Both the position numbers and the translations under genes were made by a program. DNA of 64,000 nucleotides from an uncultured Desulfobacterales bacterium (GTDB lineage: Bacteria; Desulfobacterota; Desulfobacteria; Desulfobacterales; B30-G6): contig CAYVMI010000024.1 of assembly GCA_964452555.1 (NCBI GenBank), forward strand, positions 11,250 through 75,249. Direction: 5' to 3'. The notes below the pieces were generated by a model. That model was not told where the DNA came from, did no database searches, and saw nothing but the letters and a program-made list of their open reading frames with translations. Positions 18,634-27,558 of this stretch are shown one piece after another (the stretch's first letter is position 1; every line of letters begins with the position of its first letter).

Positions 18634-19218
18634 ATGAAAACTATAGCAAACATCGGTTGGAAAAATGAAGAACTGATTGTCCAGGAGAACCTACCAGTAT
18701 GTGCTGGCTTGAAAGTGATTCGTAAAAACGATCCCAATTACGGTCTCTCGGATGAGGAGATCCAAGACAGGAATGAATTTATTCGTTGTTACTTATTAAG
18801 GGATTTTGAGCCGCTTTTAAAAATACCAATACAAGTTGCCGAAGATGATTTTTTCATACCAGAGCATGATGTATGTTCTTCTGAATACACTGCGTTTAAC
18901 ACCCATGATTTTCAGAAAAGAATGCGGCCCTTCAATAGATACGCATACGCGATGAAAATAATATTAGAACGTGTAAAAGACCTTGCGATTTTATATTCAG
19001 TAGTAAGTTCCCGGGATGGCAAAGAAGAGATTTTTAGACGATTCGAATCACTGGTTGAATATCATTTCAGGGGTCGGCTTTTGTTCCTTGTTCGAAGATA
19101 TAGATATGCATATAGTGATTACGGGAGAATCAAATTAAAACAAAATATCGGCGAAATTAATCGAAGAATTCTTGAATGTAAAAGGATATGGGAGCAATTT
19201 GCTCCCTGGGACGTTTGA
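18634..19218 (+). CDS. Hypothetical protein (ORFan, 194 aa)
   Basis: RBS GGAGG at 18622-18626. Preceded by a hairpin (18595-18620) and two direct repeats. Confidence 0.55.
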   Translation: MKTIANIGWKNEELIVQENLPVCAGLKVIRKNDPNYGLSDEEIQDRNEFIRCYLLRDFEPLLKIPIQVAEDDFFIPEHDVCSSEYTAFNTHDFQKRMRPFNRYAYAMKIILERVKDLAILYSVVSSRDGKEEIFRRFESLVEYHFRGRLLFLVRRYRYAYSDYGRIKLKQNIGEINRRILECKRIWEQFAPWDV

Positions 19219-19403
19219 GTATGATAATATTGGAACTCCTTTGTCCCGTGATAAGGAAAACCGATCCTATATATAAATTTTTCGTTTTCACGCATTTTTA
19301 TGTTTTCTTTCCACTATACTTATAAAACACGGCGATAGATTTGTTGATATTCCCGCTTACGATTACCTCCATTGTCATTGAATAAACAATGGAGGTGCTC
19401 AAC

Positions 19404-19694
19404 ATGAATGCGTACGAACTATATGAAGTAAATAAAGCGATCAATGATGTCAGTAAAGGCTACAATGAGATCGGTCGAAGCCAGAAAACGTTGGCTCCAA
19501 AAACCAACAAATGGGATTATATATTAAGGAAAATTTGCCTTGGCTGTAATAAAACTTTGGGAATCTATGAGGTTCAAAATAATCTTGCTTTTTGTTTCCA
19601 GTGCCGGAAATATTTATTTCCGGAAACAGTATATCATCAGGATCCAATCAAAAACCGATTCCGTTCATTACGATCCAGAGGACATCCGATGTAA
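19404..19694 (+). CDS. Hypothetical small protein with a CxxC...CxxC zinc-ribbon-like motif
   Basis: ATG 19404 follows RBS GGAGGTG. Contains CLGCNKT...CFQCRK. Confidence 0.45.
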   Translation: MNAYELYEVNKAINDVSKGYNEIGRSQKTLAPKTNKWDYILRKICLGCNKTLGIYEVQNNLAFCFQCRKYLFPETVYHQDPIKNRFRSLRSRGHPM

Positions 19695-19789
19695 CGCGAC
19701 TTATGCCTGGCATTGCAAATATAGGGGTGGTTTTTGCAATATATTTGATCTTCAACTGGGGTCCTATAAACTGTAAATGCGCCAACAGC

Positions 19790-20236
19790 CTAATGCGCAT
19801 TCCCGCCTTGAAAAGCAATTCTAAGTGACAGGTTATCGCAAACAAACTCGTATGGTAGTGGGGAACCTATTGATCCCCGATATGCGTTCGTTGGGATAAC
19901 AAAGGCAAATTCTCCAGGTGGTATACAGCCGATATTAAATTCCCCAGATTGATTAATGCTGGCAGATTTAATTGGCGTTTTTTCGCCGATTTCATCCATG
20001 ACAGCGTCATATAATGTTGTTGACGTGCTGTATAAAAACACACGCGAGTTAGCAGTAATATCGCCTGAAACCGTACCATGGATATTTACACAGTTGCGCG
20101 GATATTCGTCGGCCAGGCGATTTTTTGGGTTAGAAATGGGTATATTGTTCTGACAACCGGTTGCTAATAATTCAACCAGGCAGATGAATACTATTACGAT
20201 TGTCAAACATATTGATTGTAAAAATTTGGTACTCAT
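19790..20236 (-). CDS. Predicted lipoprotein, beta-rich (carboxypeptidase-regulatory-like fold possible)
   Basis: Signal peptide with lipobox LLATGC. The mature part is rich in beta-type segments (IHGTVSGDI). Confidence 0.55.
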   Translation of the reverse strand: MSTKFLQSICLTIVIVFICLVELLATGCQNNIPISNPKNRLADEYPRNCVNIHGTVSGDITANSRVFLYSTSTTLYDAVMDEIGEKTPIKSASINQSGEFNIGCIPPGEFAFVIPTNAYRGSIGSPLPYEFVCDNLSLRIAFQGGNAH

Positions 20237-20330
20237 AGGTACTAATTTTATTGGAAGGGTTTTTATATTTTGCGGTTTTACTTTGCCGTGTGAGCAAGTA
20301 TTATCGTAAAATATTTAAAGGGAAACAATC

Positions 20331-20678
20331 ATGAGCAGGTTTATGCTTGGACCAAATTTCAATCGCCTCTACGGCGATGAAGGATATAAGATAAGATATA
20401 TGCGGGATCTGCAAATACAGATAAGAGAGGGGTATTTGAGATTCTGTAGATTGTTGGGAAAATCTACTAATAAGGTTTTTAATGTAGCCGATGAGCGAGA
20501 ATTGGTAAAACTATTCTACTGGCTACAAAATGATATAAAGATATACAAAAAGATTCGAGGGACAGGAATCGAGGGAGTTATAGGTGGTGATATAACAGAT
20601 ATTGAAAAAAAGTTGATTAAAAATAATCAGAGTTACCGGTTGCGTCGGGGACTATCGTCCCCTAGGCCCCGACTCTAA
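20331..20678 (+). CDS. Hypothetical protein (ORFan, 115 aa)
   Basis: ORF with RBS-like AGGGA. No recognisable motif. Confidence 0.4.
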   Translation: MSRFMLGPNFNRLYGDEGYKIRYMRDLQIQIREGYLRFCRLLGKSTNKVFNVADERELVKLFYWLQNDIKIYKKIRGTGIEGVIGGDITDIEKKLIKNNQSYRLRRGLSSPRPRL

Positions 20679-20688
20679 AGAGTCGGGG
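20667..20688. terminator. Stem-loop between convergent genes
   Basis: CCCCGACTC-taaa-GAGTCGGGG, preceded by a second hairpin GGGGAC-tatc-GTCCCC (20647-20662). No clear U-run on either strand. Confidence 0.35.
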
Positions 20689-20741
20689 CAAATAGGGGCT
20701 GAAGCTATTTGCCAAAGATTGTGGGAAGAGGTTCTATATAT

Positions 20742-22223
20742 TCAGGGCAAAATAGAAATACGAAGATAATAAAGGAAAATAAGAGATAACCATCCCATAT
20801 CTACAGGCACTTGATATAGCCGTCCAGGTGCAAAACGAGCTTTAATATGGCGCATTCCGGGTACGATCACGCGTACAACCGATACCCCGGCCGCAGGTGG
20901 AGTATAATCCAACACGAAAATTGGTCGCCCTTTTTGTTTGCCTATTGAGGTGCATAAATGCAGCTTTTCTTTCAAGTTACCTGGTTGGGCCAAAAATCGG
21001 TCCACAGCTTTTGGCGATCTCATTTTACCGGGTTGCATTTGGGGGTTATTTTTAATGAAATCACTTTGGGCCCACAAAATAAAGTTGCGTGCAGATTGAT
21101 CCAAAGATTCTAATCCACCGACGTCAATTTGTTTTTGTATGATCCGTTTGAGTGCGTGTACCTGCAGCATCTCACGCACTGCAGATTTGAGAGCTGATAA
21201 GTAATCGAAGTTTGCACCAAACCCCATGTCAATATCTGATTCATCACTGTTCATCGAAATTGCAGCAATCACGGGAATACCGAGATCATGGGTCAAGTCC
21301 AAAGCATAAAACCGACGATCCAATATTTCCAGCCAGCGCAGGCAACCATCTAATTCCGTATCCCTAAAATATTCTGGATCTATTGCCGGGCGGATGATCC
21401 GATTGTACCACCAAATCCCCACGGCGTCCCTTTCCACCACTTCCAGAAATCCCGAAACAATGGCTTCCTTACGCGTGGGGCCTGCGGCACAGCCATTGCT
21501 ATCGGCGATCAGATAATTTCGATCGTGGGGACAATGCAGATAGCAAAGTCCGGCGGGAACAAAATACGGTTTTCCTTCTGGATAGGAAGATACCTCAACC
21601 CAATCCAAAAGGTTATCGCTCCGGACGGGGTAAGGAACGCGATGCCGCTCTCCGAATTGGTTGTCCCGGACGTTCCTTTCTTGATATTGACGTTCACTGA
21701 AAAGAAGGAACTGATGAGGGTGAAGGCCTTTAGTACCTAATTCGCTTTTTTTTGCCCTGGTGATTTTAATATCCTCACGCCAGGTGATGGCCATCGTCTC
21801 CACCAGTTCTCCCAGAGCAGTTAAGATCCCTGTTTGGGGGGTAAATTCTGAACCGGCTGTATATATGTCTTGTTTCGCTAAATCATTTTCTTTTCCTCCG
21901 GACTTGATGTCTGGTTTTTTGGGGATTGCGGCGTAACTGAAAATTGGAAAATCATCATCGGGATTGATTGATACCAGCGCCCGAAGGCATGGTTCACAGG
22001 TCCTACAAACTGATCGGAATTGTTTTGCTAATTCATTTGACTGCCATTCTACTACCGTATTAGGATCAAAGTCTTCAGCAACGATTAGATTCCAATCGCT
22101 TAAAGCATAAAGAACATGGTAAACCTCTTCAGATTCAAACGATTCGCAAAGTTTGCGAACGATGTCTTGTACCGTGCGATGACCGTTAATCAATGCAGCA
22201 ACTTTAACAAGCATATGATTCAA
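20742..22223 (-). CDS. YcaO-domain protein (ATP-dependent peptide backbone-modifying enzyme) with an extra ~110-aa N-terminal region
   Basis: SNGCAAGPTRKEAIVSGFLEVVERDAVGIWWYN is the YcaO core. The VVRVIVPGM...RFAPGR tail is also YcaO-like. N-terminal LINGHRTVQDIVRKL...VYHVLYAL resembles the helical part of PqqD-like RRE domains. Confidence 0.85.
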   Translation of the reverse strand: MNHMLVKVAALINGHRTVQDIVRKLCESFESEEVYHVLYALSDWNLIVAEDFDPNTVVEWQSNELAKQFRSVCRTCEPCLRALVSINPDDDFPIFSYAAIPKKPDIKSGGKENDLAKQDIYTAGSEFTPQTGILTALGELVETMAITWREDIKITRAKKSELGTKGLHPHQFLLFSERQYQERNVRDNQFGERHRVPYPVRSDNLLDWVEVSSYPEGKPYFVPAGLCYLHCPHDRNYLIADSNGCAAGPTRKEAIVSGFLEVVERDAVGIWWYNRIIRPAIDPEYFRDTELDGCLRWLEILDRRFYALDLTHDLGIPVIAAISMNSDESDIDMGFGANFDYLSALKSAVREMLQVHALKRIIQKQIDVGGLESLDQSARNFILWAQSDFIKNNPQMQPGKMRSPKAVDRFLAQPGNLKEKLHLCTSIGKQKGRPIFVLDYTPPAAGVSVVRVIVPGMRHIKARFAPGRLYQVPVDMGWLSLIFLYYLRISILP

Positions 22224-22498
22224 CCCTATGACAATAAAATTATAATATTAGGATTTTTTTACATGTAATGTAATAATTGCAAATATAGAACATATATGGT
22301 AGGCATCAGAGTTACGAACGCTACGTACACATCCTATTCTTTTCCGACTCCACGCTGAATTACAATTCACCTAACATTGCTCGCTACTGCATTAAGTCAA
22401 TTCACGCTGCAATCACAAGAGTTAAAGGTCCACCACTACTACGGTAAGTGATGCCATCCACGGGCTTACCAGATCCCACCAAACAAAGGAGGTTACTC

Positions 22499-22795
22499 AT
22501 GCCGAGATTAAACCTGTCCAAAACGGATTGTAAAAAAATGGGAAAGTTGATCGGTGATGCTTGGCGTCATCCTGACAAGCGGAAAAAACTACTCGTAAAC
22601 CCAGAAAAGGAAATGACCAAAGCGGGCATTAAAATACCAAATGTTGACAAGATTCGGATCGTCGCCGTCGAAGATACCAAAACGACAATTCATTTGGTTT
22701 TGCCAGTACGGCCGGATAGCGTCACCTTTACCGATCTGAAATCAAGTTCGTTTCAGTTAGATTTGGGGCAAAAACTTTTTGCTGCCTGCCGCTAA
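22499..22795 (+). CDS. NHLP (nitrile-hydratase-like leader peptide) family RiPP precursor
   Basis: RBS AAGGAGG precedes ATG 22499. The leader reads LIGDAWRHPDKRKKLLVNPEKEMTKAGIKIPNVDKIRIVAVEDTKTTIHLVLPVRP. The C-terminal tail is DSVTFTDLKSSSFQLDLGQKLFAACR. Confidence 0.8.
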   Translation: MPRLNLSKTDCKKMGKLIGDAWRHPDKRKKLLVNPEKEMTKAGIKIPNVDKIRIVAVEDTKTTIHLVLPVRPDSVTFTDLKSSSFQLDLGQKLFAACR

Positions 22796-22807
22796 AACAC
22801 CGATCGA

Positions 22808-24607
22808 TCACATATCCGGCAAACGGGGTAATCCGGCCAGAGTTAGGCCGTTAAAGAAACCTTTAAGATCTTTTTTGGGCTTAATGGGTACAATCTGAAA
22901 AAGCCAACGGATGTAATCAACTTCATCAGCGTCGGAAGGACCGATCCAGATTTTTTTAATCCCTTGGACAAATGTACCGGCAGCATTGCGGGCGTTTTCC
23001 TGATCCCCAACCAGGGCATATGCGGCGACTAAAAATGCATGGGTCTCAGGTGAAATTTTTTCAAGGCTGCCGATGGTTGTGATGCAACTCTCGTATTCTC
23101 CTGCTAGAAATTGAATGGTTGCCAGATAACCAAGATAATATTCCGGATGGGTTGGGTTAAGCCGAATAGCTTCGCGGGCCTGACTCAGTCCCAAGGCATG
23201 GTGCCCCAGATAGGCCATGCCCTGAGCCCAGGAAATGCATATGTCCGGATCGATCGGATTCAAATCGGCCGCCACATCGAAATGCTTAAATCCATTTTCA
23301 TAATCCCTGGATAACATATAGATCCAGGCGATATTTAAATGATTGCGGGAATCCGCCGGATCGAGCTCCAGGGCTTTACGGGCATATTGAAAGGCTATCT
23401 GCCGATCTTCGACATCGTTTACATTTCCGGGTCCTAAAATGGTTTTGGAGCTATATACCGAGGCCAAGCCGGCATAGGGACGTGCAAACTCCGGATAAAG
23501 TTTAATCGCCTTTTTAAAGAGTTTAGCGGCTTTCTCGTCGGCTTGGCGATCCCAGGCCTCCAACAACTTATTGCCCCGTAACCAAAAATCATATGCCTTG
23601 TGGACCTTGGTGGGGACATCCTGCGTCGAAACCAAACGATTTTGTATCAAGTGGGTTTCCAAGGTACATACAATGCGGCTGACCACGAGGCTCATGACCG
23701 ACGGACCCTCCTCGGGTGCTACCGTATAACGATCGGCCCAAATTTGATTTTCGCCTTCACACTCCACCAATTGAACTGTAATACAAATCTCCGCGCCCAT
23801 TGAACGGACACCGCCCATCAAGAGGTACTGGGCCCCGAGCTCATTAAAATATCTTTTGGGACTTGCGGTCATTTCCTTGTAGGAAAACGACGTTGTTTTA
23901 GCAATGAGGTGAATCGTGCGGAACCTGCATATATCGGTAATGATATCTTCGATGAGCCAATCATTGATATATTGATGTTCCTTATTGGCGCCAATATAAT
24001 CAAAGGGCTGAACAGCCAAGATAGGCTTTTGGGTCAGCATCAGGCCGGGCGACAACTTATCATCGACTTTAGGTATTAAATCACACGTTTCCATCAGGAC
24101 GCTGAAGATGCGTATCGGTTGGGTTTTATTTTTAACTTTTTGTTCGCGCTTGAACTTAAACCCGGCCGATACTTTCTCCTCCACTAAATCGCGAACGATA
24201 CTGGATACACAAATGCCTCCGGGAGAAGCAAGTTCCTGAATCCTGGCGGTGACATTGACAGCGTCGCCATATATTTTTTTCCCGTCACGGATGATATCAC
24301 CCAGATTGATCCCCACCCGGAAATTCATGCGCTGATCAGCGTCCAATTTGGCATTTTTCTTGCCGAGCTGGAGTTGGAAAGCAATCGAACACTCAACACA
24401 ATATTGAACAGATGAAAACTCAGCCAAGATCGAATCTCCGGTCATATCTACTACGCGCCCGCCAAATGCCCCTGCAAGCTCTGTGAATATTTGACAGTAT
24501 TCCAGAAGCCGCTTTCGAGTTGCATCCTCATCCGCCGCCATCATCAAGGAAAATCCCACCACATCGGCATACAAGATGGCAATCAATCTGCGATCAGTCG
24601 GTTTCAA
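22808..24607 (-). CDS. Class III adenylate/guanylate cyclase domain protein with central TolB-N-like region and C-terminal TPR repeats
   Basis: ILYADVVGFS, GDSILAEF, FRVGINLGD and GDAVNVTARIQ form the CHD. The C-terminal half is TPR-like (AYDFWLRG, LDPADSRNHLNIAWIY). Confidence 0.85.
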   Translation of the reverse strand: MKPTDRRLIAILYADVVGFSLMMAADEDATRKRLLEYCQIFTELAGAFGGRVVDMTGDSILAEFSSVQYCVECSIAFQLQLGKKNAKLDADQRMNFRVGINLGDIIRDGKKIYGDAVNVTARIQELASPGGICVSSIVRDLVEEKVSAGFKFKREQKVKNKTQPIRIFSVLMETCDLIPKVDDKLSPGLMLTQKPILAVQPFDYIGANKEHQYINDWLIEDIITDICRFRTIHLIAKTTSFSYKEMTASPKRYFNELGAQYLLMGGVRSMGAEICITVQLVECEGENQIWADRYTVAPEEGPSVMSLVVSRIVCTLETHLIQNRLVSTQDVPTKVHKAYDFWLRGNKLLEAWDRQADEKAAKLFKKAIKLYPEFARPYAGLASVYSSKTILGPGNVNDVEDRQIAFQYARKALELDPADSRNHLNIAWIYMLSRDYENGFKHFDVAADLNPIDPDICISWAQGMAYLGHHALGLSQAREAIRLNPTHPEYYLGYLATIQFLAGEYESCITTIGSLEKISPETHAFLVAAYALVGDQENARNAAGTFVQGIKKIWIGPSDADEVDYIRWLFQIVPIKPKKDLKGFFNGLTLAGLPRLPDM

Positions 24608-24741
24608 CTTAACTCCTTAGAATCCTAGCAGAAGTTTATATGTAACCTTATTTACGTCAGCCTTTAACACGTCGATCGTGACGTAAAGGTTTCATTGCCT
24701 GTTATCTTAACCTCGTTTTTAAGCACGTATCTCAGATTCTA

Positions 24742-26340
24742 TTACGGCAAACTGAATGCCCTCTCGACAGCTTTAGAGGCGTTTACCCGTCCATATCCAA
24801 AGTAGAGCGAGTGCCCATTGATGAATCTGTCCTGAATGGAATCCATATCGGCTGTTTCTTCGATAATCGCTTTCACCTGAAGTCCGCTCAAATCGGGTTT
24901 AACCGATCGCACCAAGCCGGCCACACCGGCTACAATCGGGCAGGCACCAGACGTGCCGCCAAAACCTGTATAGATCTTTCCGGACTCGTAGCCGGGTCCA
25001 TGCTGCTCGTTATCGGTTGTATAGAGTTCATTCTCAGGCAACCACTCACCCGTTAGCGGATCAAAATTATCACTCGGGGCGCAGATATTAATTTCTCGGC
25101 CCCAATTACTATAAAGCGCTTTCTGGTTGGCACTTGTAATGGCAGCCACCGCAATGGTATGCCGATGCGCGGCATATCCATTTAAAATACTGCTTTCCAC
25201 TACGCGTGTATTAGGGTCCTTCGGGTGCCGTTTATACTCAAAATAGGTGTTATCATCATCACGGATGGGTGCATTGTGATTACCGGCGGCGAAACAAATG
25301 ATGGTACCATTGTGACGCGGACCACCATCAACCGCCAGTTTGTCGATAATATCGGCAATCGGTCGCGGTATAGGGTCATAACATGGCACGGAGGTCCAGC
25401 TGCAAGAAATAACATCGGCCTTTTGACCCACAACTTCGAACATATCTCGAACGCTTAATGTTTCCAATGCGATCCGATTTAGCCCCGTCATGCGAACAGG
25501 CATGAAAGCACAGCCTGGTGCAACCCCGACGATACGGCCGGCGTTCTCCTCAGCAATGGCCAACCCTGCGCATGCGGTACCATGCTTGCCACTTGTGACC
25601 CCTGGATAATCGGACCAGGGTTTCTCATCGCCATCCACCCAGTCTGTTGGATGCACGACCTTATTATCCCCACTAAATGCCGGATGAGATAGATCGCAGC
25701 CGTCATCCATAACAGCGATAACGACTTCCCGATTGCCTTTGGTAATTGTCCAGGCTTGATGGGCAGAAATCTGATCAAGATGCCAGAGGTTGCTCCAGGC
25801 GATCGGGTCAGATGGGGCCGGCAAATAATAGCGCTCCATAAAATTGGGTTCCGCGTAAACCACTTCCGGTTGTCTGATCAGGTCATGGGCAACCTTAAGG
25901 GGATTCTTGCCTGCCTTGTCAGTGACCCGAACGATGAAGGTGTTATCGATACCCGCGCATTTTTTATATAATTCCAGCCCATGGAAATGAAATAAGGAAT
26001 TAACTTCACCAGCCCGAGGTAAAACACGTACGATCAGCAGATCGGTCAGGTAATAGCGCGTCCCGGTCCTCTGTGGGGAACGATAGGCATGATGGCAGAC
26101 GATCTTATTTTTTTTTGATCTCAATTTTTTCATGGCGGCGTTGCGATTCTTTTTCTTCACCTCTATTCTTAAGAGCCGCCGTCCAATCTTGCGGACCTTT
26201 TTAGGTTTTATCAGAGAGTTGATTCTTTTCTCATCGTTATCATTTTCCAGTACAGCCGTAAAATATGACGGCTCCCTCTCTACTTCAAATTGTTCGCCGC
26301 CACGTAACATGACGCGGCCATCATGAATTGACGCATTCAT
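24742..26340 (-). CDS. S8 (subtilisin-family) serine peptidase, no signal peptide seen, Lys-rich N-terminal region
   Basis: Catalytic Asp (VIAVMDDG), His (HGTACAGLA) and Ser (GGTSGACPIVAG). The N-terminus reads KKKNRNAAMKKLRSKKNK. Confidence 0.9.
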   Translation of the reverse strand: MNASIHDGRVMLRGGEQFEVEREPSYFTAVLENDNDEKRINSLIKPKKVRKIGRRLLRIEVKKKNRNAAMKKLRSKKNKIVCHHAYRSPQRTGTRYYLTDLLIVRVLPRAGEVNSLFHFHGLELYKKCAGIDNTFIVRVTDKAGKNPLKVAHDLIRQPEVVYAEPNFMERYYLPAPSDPIAWSNLWHLDQISAHQAWTITKGNREVVIAVMDDGCDLSHPAFSGDNKVVHPTDWVDGDEKPWSDYPGVTSGKHGTACAGLAIAEENAGRIVGVAPGCAFMPVRMTGLNRIALETLSVRDMFEVVGQKADVISCSWTSVPCYDPIPRPIADIIDKLAVDGGPRHNGTIICFAAGNHNAPIRDDDNTYFEYKRHPKDPNTRVVESSILNGYAAHRHTIAVAAITSANQKALYSNWGREINICAPSDNFDPLTGEWLPENELYTTDNEQHGPGYESGKIYTGFGGTSGACPIVAGVAGLVRSVKPDLSGLQVKAIIEETADMDSIQDRFINGHSLYFGYGRVNASKAVERAFSLP

Positions 26341-26642
26341 TTTGCACCTCTTGATTCGTGTTAATATAAAGAAGTACTTAATTAGCTCAAGGAAAGGAAT
26401 CTAAGTTAAATTAATCAGTTACGTGTAAATCCGGCAGAAATTTAATTCATCAGACACAGAGACGATCCAGATTACAGATTCGTTCAAGAATTGCGAGGAA
26501 CAACCGAAGAGAAACTGAGGAAACGAGATAAGCGCGTGAGATTTAGCTTCGTTTTAGTAAAGTTATAGAAGTATGACTATTATAAGTACAACCGCTTGTC
26601 AATAAAATCGTCAGCCTGAATTCATCGCTTTGCGGAATAATT

Positions 26643-27512
26643 CTAGAGGCCTGTTATAACGATACCGGCAACCGCCGCTAGTATGCCGGCTCCTTGAAAC
26701 TTCGTGATTCTGTCTTTCAGAAAAATGATCGCCAAGGTGATGGTTACGATGGAAAGGGCCGAGGCAATGGGCGTGATCAATATGGCATCGCCGATGGTCA
26801 ACCCATAATTTACAACGGCCACGGCCGCAGCTTCTATGCTGCCCATCAGCAAAACCATTATCTTTGTTTTGGTGGACGCTTGTGCCAGGTTCAACCCGCT
26901 CTTTATTAGAAATGAGAAAAATAGCAGAAAAATAATAATACCAAACTTTATAAATAGGGTTGTTGCCAACCAGCCGATCTCTTCCGAAACAATTTCACTG
27001 ATATTCCAGAAAACGCCGAAGAAAAATGCACCCAATACAGTTTCCTTGACGCCGCGGGACAACTTAAAGTCATGATTCTTAATGTCTTGCCAATTCAGGG
27101 CCGCGATCGTGACGCCCGCAATAATCATAAAAACGCCCACGGTCTGCACAAAGGTTAGGCGCTGACCCATGAATACAAAGGCAAACAACATGGTAAAGAC
27201 GGCCCATAAGTTCATCACGGCAGCCACTATCGAAACATTGCCGATTTCAAATCCTTTAAAAAAGAATAGATAACCCGCGGAATAAACGATTGCAGCAATG
27301 GGAATTAATACGATGATGAATAAGGGGAGAGAAAAGTTTAGGGTCCACACAAATAGAAACAGAAGAATTGTAAACAAACCGGCCAATTGAGACCAAAAAA
27401 TAGATTTGAACGGTCCGATTTTTTTGGAATAAACACCGCCTAGAAAATCATAAATTCCCCACCCAAACATCCCGCCTAACCCACATAAAATGCTTATCAA
27501 TGCTGAACTCAT
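26643..27512 (-). CDS. EamA/DMT-superfamily transporter
   Basis: 289 aa with about 10 hydrophobic helices in two similar halves. Confidence 0.8.
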   Translation of the reverse strand: MSSALISILCGLGGMFGWGIYDFLGGVYSKKIGPFKSIFWSQLAGLFTILLFLFVWTLNFSLPLFIIVLIPIAAIVYSAGYLFFFKGFEIGNVSIVAAVMNLWAVFTMLFAFVFMGQRLTFVQTVGVFMIIAGVTIAALNWQDIKNHDFKLSRGVKETVLGAFFFGVFWNISEIVSEEIGWLATTLFIKFGIIIFLLFFSFLIKSGLNLAQASTKTKIMVLLMGSIEAAAVAVVNYGLTIGDAILITPIASALSIVTITLAIIFLKDRITKFQGAGILAAVAGIVITGL

Positions 27513-27558
27513 ATTTAACGCGAGGTCCCTACTTGATGAAATTGATACCTTGGATAGG

